Shown here: positions 18,626 to 26,800 of the stretch, piece after piece | Position numbering within the stretch: position 1 is the first letter of the stretch | How the letters are laid out: each line of letters opens with the position of its first letter | Assembly: GCA_937927875.1 (NCBI GenBank) | Contig: CALEYV010000034.1 | Coordinates: forward strand, 1 to 56,482 | DNA length: 56,482 bases | Source: an uncultured Actinomycetes bacterium | GTDB lineage: Bacteria; Actinomycetota; Acidimicrobiia; IMCC26256; PALSA-555 | Direction of reading: 5' to 3' | Made by a program: the position numbers and the translations under genes | The notes under the pieces: model-generated | The model's database searches: none | The model's input: the letters and a program-made list of their open reading frames with translations, nothing else | Told to the model about the DNA's origin: nothing

Positions 18626-19818
18626 GTTCGCACGGCATCAAGGACCAGGTCGCCATCGTCGGGATGGGCTGCACCAAGTTCGGCGAGCACTGGAGCAAGA
18701 ACGCCGACGACCTGCTCATCGAGTCCACGACCCAGGCCCTGAACAGCGCCGGCGTCACCAAGCAGGACATCGACGCCTACTGGGTCGGCACCGCCATGTC
18801 CGGCATGTCGGGCATGACGGTCTCGCGGCCGCTGCAGCTGCACAACAAGCCGGTCACAAGAGTCGAGAACTTCTGCGCTACCGGCTCCGAGGCGCTGCGC
18901 AACGCCGCCTACGCGGTGGCGTCGGGTGCCTATGACAGCGCGCTCGCGGTCGGGGTCGAGAAGGTGAAGGACAGCGGCTACCAGGGCCTGGTCGGCGCCG
19001 GCAAGACGCCGACCGACGGCACGAACCGCACCCTCACCGCGGCCGCCATGTTCGCCATGTGCGCCCCCGCCTACGGGAACCGGTACGGCGTGGGCGACGA
19101 CCAGATGCGCGAGGTCCTGGCCCGCATCTCGTGGAAGAACCACTACAACGGCGCCCGGAACGAGCGGGCGCAGTTCCGCAAGGAGGTGTCGATGGACACC
19201 ATCTGCGGGGCGCCGCTCATGGCGGGCGGGCTGCGGGTCTTCGACTGCTCCGGCGTCGCGGACGGCAGCGCGGCCGCCGTCCTCGTGCGGGCCGAGGACG
19301 CGCACCAGTACACCGACCGGCCCCTGTACGTGAAGGCGCTGGCGTTCGTGGCCGGCAACGCGTCCGGCAACGCCGACCCGGACTACGACTACACGTACTT
19401 CCCGGAGATCGAGGCGGCCGGCCGCGACGCCTACGCGCAGGCCGGCGTCACCGACCCCCGCAGCCAGATCGCCATGGCCGAGGTGCACGACTGCTTCACG
19501 CCGGCCGAGCTGCTCATCTACGAGGACCTCGGCTTCGCGGAGCGGGGCTCGGCGTGGAAGGAGGTCCTCGCCGGGACCTTCGACCTCGCCGGCGACCTGC
19601 CGGTCAACCCCGACGGGGGCCTGAAGAGCTTCGGGCACCCGGTCGGCGCCTCGGGGCTGCGCATGTTCTTCGAGACGTGGCTGCAGCTGCGGGGCGACGC
19701 CCCCGAGGAGCGCCGGATCGCGCACGCCGACCGCGGCCTCGCGCTCACGCACAACCTCGGCGGCTACCCGGGCGAGATGGTCAGCTTCGTCGGCATCGTC
19801 GGCAACGAGCTCGGCTGA
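18622..19818 (+). CDS. SCP-x-type thiolase domain protein (acetyl-CoA acetyltransferase-like)
   Basis: ATG overlaps the upstream stop (ATGA 18622-18625). VAIVGMGCTKFGEHW, VENFCATGSEAL (nucleophile Cys), AEVHDCFT, KSFGHPVGASG. Confidence 0.85.
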   Translation: MSSHGIKDQVAIVGMGCTKFGEHWSKNADDLLIESTTQALNSAGVTKQDIDAYWVGTAMSGMSGMTVSRPLQLHNKPVTRVENFCATGSEALRNAAYAVASGAYDSALAVGVEKVKDSGYQGLVGAGKTPTDGTNRTLTAAAMFAMCAPAYGNRYGVGDDQMREVLARISWKNHYNGARNERAQFRKEVSMDTICGAPLMAGGLRVFDCSGVADGSAAAVLVRAEDAHQYTDRPLYVKALAFVAGNASGNADPDYDYTYFPEIEAAGRDAYAQAGVTDPRSQIAMAEVHDCFTPAELLIYEDLGFAERGSAWKEVLAGTFDLAGDLPVNPDGGLKSFGHPVGASGLRMFFETWLQLRGDAPEERRIAHADRGLALTHNLGGYPGEMVSFVGIVGNELG

Positions 19819-19821
19819 GGG

Positions 19822-20910
19822 TCAGCCCAGCCAGTCGCGCAGAACCGCCTCGCGGTCCGCGCCCAAATCGGGACCGCCGCCGGCGAGCATCGGCGCCAGG
19901 CTGCCCCGGGCCCGCAGGTGCTCGTCCGCGAGGACGGCACCGACGTCGTTGACCGGGGCAACCGGGATCCGCGCCTCGAGCAGCGGCGCCACGGCCGCGT
20001 CCCGGTCTCGCGCCGCCACGAAGGCGGCGACGAGGCCGTCGAGCTCGTCGGCGTGGCGCAGCCGGTCGGCCGCCCGACCGAAGCGAGCGCGGTCCTCGGG
20101 ACCGTCGCGGCCGAGCAGCGTGAGCAGCCGCGACACCTGGGGGTCGGTGGTGCCGGACACCGCCACGTACTCGCCGTCCCGGGTCCGGTACACGTTGCGG
20201 GGCACGCCGCCGCGCACGCGGCTCCCCGAACGTCGGGGCGGGTCGGCGGGGTCGTAGCCAGCGATCGTGCCGCCGAGCACGGCGAGCACCGGCTCGTACA
20301 TGGCGACGTCGACCAGCCGGCCCGGCGACCCGCGCTGGCGGGCCCACGACGCGGCAAGGGCGCCGATGACACCCCAGAAGGCGGTGAGCGTGTCGCCGAG
20401 CGGCACCGACGACAGCGTCGGCGCGCCGTCGGGCTCACCGGTGAGCGACGCCAGCCCGGCGAACGCCTCCGCGAGCGTGCCGGCCCCGGGCCGGTCGGCG
20501 TACGGGCCGGTGAGGCCGTAGCAGCTGACCGCGACCACCACGAGCGAGGCGTTGATCGCCGCCAGCTGCTCGTACCGGCAGCCCCACCGCTCCCGCACCG
20601 CCGGCGTCAGGTTCTCGACCAGCACGTCGGCGACAGCCACGAGCCGGTGGAACACCGCGCGGTCGGCGTCGGTGTCGAGGTCGAGGACGACCGAGCGCTT
20701 GTGGCGCGCCACCCACGACCAGTTGCGGGAGACGCCGTCTCGCACGACGCCCATGCTCCGCATCGGGTCCCCGCCCGGCGGCTCGATCTTGACCACGTCC
20801 GCGCCGAGGTCGCCGAGCATGGCGCCGACCTGCGGCGCCGCGTAGAGCGTGGCCAGCTCGAGGACCCGCAGCCCGGCCAGCGGCGGGTCGGCCGGGCCCG
20901 CCCCGGTCAA
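19822..20910 (-). CDS. Family III (CaiB/BaiF) CoA-transferase
   Basis: LAGLRVLELATLYAAPQVGAMLGDLGADVVKIEPPGGDP...KRSVVLDLD...VLVENLTP. TTG at 20910 overlaps the cupin stop (TTGA). The upstream part of track ORF 19822..21162 lies inside the cupin gene. Confidence 0.8.
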   Translation of the reverse strand: MTGAGPADPPLAGLRVLELATLYAAPQVGAMLGDLGADVVKIEPPGGDPMRSMGVVRDGVSRNWSWVARHKRSVVLDLDTDADRAVFHRLVAVADVLVENLTPAVRERWGCRYEQLAAINASLVVVAVSCYGLTGPYADRPGAGTLAEAFAGLASLTGEPDGAPTLSSVPLGDTLTAFWGVIGALAASWARQRGSPGRLVDVAMYEPVLAVLGGTIAGYDPADPPRRSGSRVRGGVPRNVYRTRDGEYVAVSGTTDPQVSRLLTLLGRDGPEDRARFGRAADRLRHADELDGLVAAFVAARDRDAAVAPLLEARIPVAPVNDVGAVLADEHLRARGSLAPMLAGGGPDLGADREAVLRDWLG

Positions 20911-21230
20911 TCCTTGAGCTCGACGAGGATCTCCCGGTAGCGGCGGGCCCCGGTGTTCTTCGCCGTCTCGATGCCGCCCCGCTCGATGTAGATGACGTTG
21001 CCGGGCGCGACGTCGCCCTCGACCGTCCCCGCTGGATATGAGCCCCCGGTGTCGGGCTCGAAGATCCCGGCGATCTTGTCGCCCTCGAGCTGGATCAGCA
21101 GGTAGTCGAGCTTGTGCTCGTGCACGTCCGAGCTCTGGCCCGGGTCGAGCTCCATCTCCCACACCCGCACCCGGTCGTTCTCGAACAGGCGCTTGGTGGC
21201 GACGTCACCGAGCTTGCGGTCGGCGCCCAT
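20907..21230 (-). CDS. Cupin domain protein
   Basis: 107 aa. RVRVWEMELDPGQSSDVHEHKLDYLLIQLEG...GNVIYIERGGIETAKNTG shows a cupin two-motif pattern. Confidence 0.7.
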   Translation of the reverse strand: MGADRKLGDVATKRLFENDRVRVWEMELDPGQSSDVHEHKLDYLLIQLEGDKIAGIFEPDTGGSYPAGTVEGDVAPGNVIYIERGGIETAKNTGARRYREILVELKD

Positions 21231-21258
21231 GCCATGCCCCCTTCCGTCGTCGCTTCGG

Positions 21259-22143
21259 TCACAGCCGGCTGGCTGCGCCGACGTACTCGTCGCCGAGCTT
21301 GCCGATCGCCTCCCGGATCCCGGCTGGGTCGGCCGCGAACGCCGTCAGCACCAGCTGGTCGACGCCGGCGTCACGGTAGGCCGGGAGGTGGGACGGCTGC
21401 ACCGGCTGCAGGTACGAGCCGACCGCCACGTCGACGTCGGCCCGGGACCGGCCGGCGTCGGCGAGGAAGCGGTCCAGGCGCTGCACCGACGCGCCGGCGG
21501 AGTCGGGCAGGTGGTTGAAGCCGATCCACCCGTCGCCGAGGTCCGCCACCCGCCGCAGGGCGGCGTCGGTCTCGCCCCCGAAGTACACGGGCGGGTTCGG
21601 CTGCTGGATCGGCTTCGGGTACATGCGGCAGGCCGGCAGCGTGTAGTGCTCGCCCTGGTAGGTCGAGACGTCGTCCCGCCAGCAGGCGTGCATCACCGCC
21701 AGGTACTCGCGGGTGCGGTCGGCCCGGCCCGGGAACGGCGCGTCGAGCACCTCGAACTCCTCGCGCAGCCAGCCGATCCCGACGCCGAAGTCGACCCGGC
21801 CGCCGGACAGCCAGTCGGCGGTCACCACCGACTTGGCGGTGTACACGGGGTTGCGCTGCGGCACCAGGCAGACCGCGGTGCCGAGCCGGATCCGCTCCGT
21901 GACCCCGGCCAGGAAGGTGAGGGTGGTGAACAGCTCGAGCATCCCGGCGTCGGGCGGCAGCCCCAGGCGGCCGTCGGCCGAGTACGGGTAGCTGGAGGCG
22001 TACTCGTCGAGGAACACGACGTGCTCACCGACCCAGATCGAAGAGAAGCCGCCCGCCTCGGCCGCCTGGGCGTAGGCGGTGAGGAACTCCGGCGTGGCGA
22101 CCGGGCTCACGCTCGGGAGGAACAGCCCGATCCGCAACGCCAC
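21259..22143 (-). CDS. LLM-class F420-dependent oxidoreductase
   Basis: GTG preceded by AAGGAG. MALRIGLFLP...GFSSIWVGEHVVF...RIRLGTAVCLVPQRNPVYTAKSVVTADWLSGGRVDFGVGIGW. Confidence 0.85.
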   Translation of the reverse strand: MALRIGLFLPSVSPVATPEFLTAYAQAAEAGGFSSIWVGEHVVFLDEYASSYPYSADGRLGLPPDAGMLELFTTLTFLAGVTERIRLGTAVCLVPQRNPVYTAKSVVTADWLSGGRVDFGVGIGWLREEFEVLDAPFPGRADRTREYLAVMHACWRDDVSTYQGEHYTLPACRMYPKPIQQPNPPVYFGGETDAALRRVADLGDGWIGFNHLPDSAGASVQRLDRFLADAGRSRADVDVAVGSYLQPVQPSHLPAYRDAGVDQLVLTAFAADPAGIREAIGKLGDEYVGAASRL

Positions 22144-22231
22144 CTCCTTGGCTCGACCGGGGCCGCGGAGCCTAACGGGGCTGGACGGTCCGCCATCGGG
22201 AGCCGCGCCGCAGCGTGCGACGATCGGGGCT

Positions 22232-22666
22232 GTGCCAGACCTGCTGACCGACGACGACTACGAGCGGCTGCTGGCCTTCCGGACCGACCTGCGCCGGTTC
22301 CTGCGCTGGAGCGAGCAGGCGGCGACGGCCGCCGGCCTGACGCCGGCCCAGCACCAGCTGCTGCTGGCCGTCCGCGGCAACCCGGACCCGAGCGGCCCCA
22401 CCATCGGCGACGTCGCCGACGCGCTGCTGCTCCGCCACCACAGCGCGGTCGGCCTCGTCGACCGGGCGGTGACCGCGGGGCTCGTGCGCCGGGTGCCCGA
22501 CGCCCACGATCATCGGGTCGTGCGGCTCGAGCTGACATCCCGCGGCGCGCGCTCGCTCGATCGCCTCGCGCAGGCGCACCTCACCGAGCTCGCCGACCTC
22601 GCGCCGCACCTGGTCGGACTCGCCGACCGGGTGCAGGGCGGGCCCCGTCCCGCCGGTGACCGCTGA
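22232..22666 (+). CDS. MarR family transcriptional regulator
   Basis: GTG at 22232 inside track ORF 22079..22666. LTPAQHQLLLAVRG...TIGDVADALLLRHHSAVGLVDRAVTAGLVRRVPDAHDHRVVRLELT is a winged-helix MarR pattern. Divergent from the LLM-cupin-CoA-transferase row. Confidence 0.8.
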   Translation: MPDLLTDDDYERLLAFRTDLRRFLRWSEQAATAAGLTPAQHQLLLAVRGNPDPSGPTIGDVADALLLRHHSAVGLVDRAVTAGLVRRVPDAHDHRVVRLELTSRGARSLDRLAQAHLTELADLAPHLVGLADRVQGGPRPAGDR

Positions 22667-22701
22667 CGGGAATGTCGAAGATGACCGGTATGTTGGCCCG
22701 C

Positions 22702-22757
22702 GGGGCGGCTCCGCTCGTGCCCACCCGCCCGGGTGCGGGCAGGAGCCGCTCCTTTTT
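22702..22757 (+). terminator. Candidate intrinsic terminator after marR
   Basis: GGGGCGGCTCC (22702-22712) pairs with GGAGCCGC(T)CC (22742-22752). The intervening segment contains an inner CCCGC/GCGGG stem, and the structure is followed by TTTTT (22753-22757), which is rare in this GC-rich DNA. Confidence 0.4.
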
Positions 22758-22792
22758 CGTGCCCGGTCGTCGACGTCGCGCCGGGCGATGAC

Positions 22793-23729
22793 ATGACGAA
22801 GCCGCTGCGGTTCGGCGTCATCACCTCCCGCGCCGACGACGGCCCCGCGTGGCGGGCCCGGGCCCGGCGGGCCGAGGACCTCGGGTACTCGTCGCTCCTC
22901 ATGCCCGACCACTTCCAGGACCAGTGGGCGCCGCTGGTGGCGCTGACGGTGGCGATGGAGGCGACGACAGACCTGCACGTGGGGACGCTCGTGTTCGCCA
23001 ACGACTACCGCCACCCGGTCGTGCTGGCGAAGGAGCTCGCCACCCTGGACCGGGCCAGCGCGGGCCGGCTCGAGGTCGGGCTCGGCGCGGGCTGGAAGCG
23101 CTCCGACTACGAGGAGGCCGTGGCTCGCGTACGACCGTGCCGGGCTCCGGATCGAGCGCATGGGGGAGGCGCTCGACGTCATGCGGGCGCTGTGGTCCTC
23201 GGCCGCCCCGGTCCACTTCGACGGCGTCCACTACCAGGTGGACGGCGCGGTCGGGACGCCCCGCCCGTGGCGGCCGGCGGGTCCGCCCGTCTGCATCGGC
23301 GGGGGTGGTCGGCGGATCCTGTCGCTGGCGGCCCGGGTCGCCGACGTGGTGAGCCTGAACGCGACGCTCTCGGCGGGGGAGCTGGGTGCCGACACCGCGT
23401 CGTCGGCGACGCCGAGCGCCTTCGACGAGAAGGTCGGCTGGGTGCGCGACGCGGCCGGGCCCCGCTTCGACGCCATCGAGCTGCAGTGCCACTGCCCGTT
23501 CGTGATGGTCACCGCCGATCGCGACACGATCGCGGAGCGCATGGCGGGGGCCTTCGGACTGACCCCGCCCGAGGCGATCGGGGTTCCGCTCGTCCTGCTC
23601 GGCTCGGTGGAGCAGCTGTGCGAGACGATCGAGGAACGCCGGGCCCGCTACGGGCTCACGTACTGGATCGTCCCCGACGACGCGATGGAGGCGGTGGCGC
23701 CCGTCGTGGCCCGGCTCGCCGGCGGCTGA
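22793..23729 (+). pseudogene. LLM-class F420-dependent oxidoreductase interrupted by a single-nucleotide frameshift near 23118-23123
   Basis: Frame A (ATG 22793) reads MTKPLRFGVITS...LGYSSLLMPDHF...RLEVGLGAGWKRSDYEEA and then becomes Arg/Pro-rich nonsense. Frame B continues (W)LAYDRAGLRIERMGEALDVMRALW...YGLTYWIVPDD up to the stop at 23729. Removing one base in GCCGTGGCT restores EEAGLAYDRAGLRIERMGEAL. Confidence 0.65.
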
Positions 23730-23797
23730 GTCACCGCCGGGTCACCGGCCGCCCGGTGCTGGCGGCCGTCGACGGCCGCAAGGGGCCCGGTCGCGGC

Positions 23798-23822
23798 GGG
23801 CCGGGTCGGCGCCGCCCGGCCC
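23798..23822. terminator. GC-rich hairpin between convergent genes (candidate bidirectional terminator)
   Basis: GGGCCGGG-tcggcgccg-CCCGGCCC is a perfect 8-bp stem. No U-tract, and such stems can arise by chance at this GC content. Confidence 0.3.
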
Positions 23823-23863
23823 ACACGGTCAGCCCAGCCCGCGACGAGCCGTGACGCGGTTGT

Positions 23864-26800
23864 TCAGCCGACCTTCATCTCGTCGCGCGGCGCTTGCTTC
23901 GCCCGCCAGTGCTCGAAACGGAACCAGCCCCAGAACCCGACCGCGAGCACGGTGAAGGCGATGAAGATGATGAGCATCGACCAGATCGTGGCGCTCGAAG
24001 CCCCGCCGTACCGGTTGCCCGGGTGCACGAGGGCTTCGACGAACACGAACATGCTCAGCACGTAGAGCCCCAGCCAGCCGCGCTTGTTCCAGCTGCGGAT
24101 CCGCTCGCCGTCCAAGTACCGGAGGGGCACCATGCTGAACATCACCGTCTGGATCGCGAAGACCCAGACGAAGGCCAGCATGGCGTCCAGGAACAGCACC
24201 ATGGCCGAGGCGTGGCCGTTCAGGGCCGAATCGCGGATCGGGACCCACAGCACCCAGGCCGCAGTGGCGAGCCCGAGGGTGGTGACGGTCGCCACGGCCA
24301 GGCTGCGCCCGTCGTCACGCTCCTCGACCTTGCCTCGGAAGACGACCCCGCACACGAGCCCGAACGCGTAGCCGGGCTGGAAGTTGGCGATACGAGAGAG
24401 AGCGACGAGGACAATCGCCAAGGCGATCCCGATCGGGAAGGTCCGCAGCTCCCACCGCACTCGATGGCGGCGTTCCACGAACCACCCGCGGACCAGCTCG
24501 TGGGCGAGCGTGATCACCGCCAGCCCGGCCGCGATGCCCGCGACCAGCACGAGGCTGGTGGGATTGAGACCGAACCGCGGATCCAAGAAGCCGTACACGA
24601 GAGCGCCGAACAGCACGAAGGCGACGAACATCAGGTGTTGCGGGCCAGAGTGGAGCCAGGCGTCGAAGCGCCGCAGGTGCCGCTCGTGACGGCCCAGCTG
24701 GCCGGCGATTCGCCAGTGATGCTCCCGCAGCACGGCGTTGATCAGCTCGGCCGGGAACCAGGACAGCAGCACGAAGAGCAGGGCCAGTGAGAAGTTCGCC
24801 GCCAGGTGCTTCGGCGAGAAATCGAGCGCGCCGGGCGGCGACACCGACGCCACCACCTCCGAGCGATGGGGCTGGCCGCTGAAGATCCCGAGGAAGCCAG
24901 TGCCGATGCCCGTCCGGCTCTTGCCCTTCGGCGGCGCGGGAGGCGTCACGGCCGGCGGCGCGGTCGCGGCTGCGCCCGACACCTGTGGGCTTGGCGACGG
25001 CGTGGTGCTCGCCGCCGGTGTCGTGGCCGCCGATGCTGGACCGGCTGCCGGCGGGCTGGCAGTGGGCCCGCTCACGGCGGGTGGGGTCACCGCCGGTGGC
25101 GTCGGCGGCGGGTTCGCAACCGCAACGTCCCAGGTGCTGGCCTGCGCCGTGAGAACGGTGAGGTGCAGCCGCCCACTCGAATCCATGTCGCGGTGACTGA
25201 GACACGCGAAGCTCGGCGGGCTCCCCACCGCGGTCGTGGATCCGATGCAGTCCGGGATCACGACGCCGTCGCGGGACACGTGGACCAGTGTCGGGTCGAC
25301 GCCCCCGAGCAACGACGGATCGATGACGAACTGGATCGCAATCGGGTCGGCCGCCGAGCCGTTCGGCGTGATGATGACCATCTGCTGGCCGAGGAACTGG
25401 TATCCAGTCGGCGACGGCCCGGCCGGGCTCGGAGGCCGAATGTTCACCGGACCGCCGGGACCATGGCAGGGCGGGGTGACGCTGACGCCCAACGGGTTCG
25501 CGCTGGACAGGGTGGGGAGCGGCGTCGGGAGGCACGCCTGCTGGTCCACCGTCAGGGTGGCCGCAGGCGTCGTCAGCGAACCCACCGAGTTCACCAGCAC
25601 CACCCGATACTGGTTGCCAGAGTCTGAGAGCGCCGTCGCAGGAGTCACGTAGCTGGACGCGATCGCGCTCGGAATGTTCGAGAACGTTGCACCGCCGTCC
25701 GTGCTCACCTGCCACTGGAAGGACGGCGCGGGATTACCCGACGCCTTCACGACGAAGGTGGCGGGTTGGAGGACGTTCACCGTCTGATCGGCGGGATTCC
25801 CTCCGCTGAGCACGGTCGGCGCGAACTGGACCGTGAGCGTGGCGGCCGTCGTCGTCGCCGACCCCGCCGAGTTCGTGAACAGCGCCTGGTACTGGCGACC
25901 GTCGTCGGCCGCGGTCGGGGTGAACTGGTAGGTGGGGCTGTTCGCGCCGGTGATGTCCGAGCAGGTCGGACCGGCCACGATTCCCCCGGACGCGTGCACG
26001 ACGCTGCTGGAAACGCCCACGCTGCCGTCACACACCTGCCACTGCACGGTCGGGGCAGGTTTCCCCGTCGCGGCCGCGGTGAACGTCGCCTGGTTCCCCA
26101 AGGTCACGATCTGATCGGTCGGGTTTGTCGTGACACCGGGCTTCGAGTTGACCGTCAGCGTCGCCTCCCCCGACGACACGCTGCCGGCAGCGTTCGTGAA
26201 CACGGCCCGGAACTCGTGACCGTCGTCGGACAACTTCGCGGTGAAGCTGTAGGTCGTCGAGGTCGCGTCGGAGATGTTCGAGAAGTTCGCTCCGCTGTCG
26301 GTGCTCACCTGCCACTGCACGCTTGGGTCGGGCGTGCCGGTGGCCGCCGCACTGAACGACACCGTGTCGCCGGCGGTCACGGTCTGGTCGGACGGCTCGG
26401 TCCTCACCACCGGTGCGGTGTTCGATGTCTGCGAGTTCGTGAACGTGCACGTGACGCTGTCGCCGCCGGCGAGGTTGATCGAGTAGAGCCCGCTACCGAG
26501 CGAGGTCTTTGTGGCTCCGGAGGTCGGCACCACGCAGTTCGCGTCATTGAACGGCCAGCCGCCCACCGAGGCCGTCTGGCCGAAGGTGTAGGTCCCCGGC
26601 GTGAGGTTGTTCGCGGTGCGGCTGTTGTCGCCGTCGGAGCCGTCGCCGTCGAGGCTGAACGACTGGCTCGTCCCCGGACCCTGGATCTTGAAGGGGAACG
26701 CCGTCTCGAGGGCCCCGTTCGAAGCCTCGACGACCGTGAGCGAGGCGAAGGCGCTCTGCACGCCGACCTGCCCGCCGGGGCCAACCCCACCTGCCGTCGA

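Noticed and set aside
23730-23854. Extension of track ORF 22733..23854 beyond the LLM gene
   Set aside because: After the frameshift point this frame encodes only Arg/Gly/Pro-rich sequence. The biologically meaningful C-half is in the other frame and ends at 23729.
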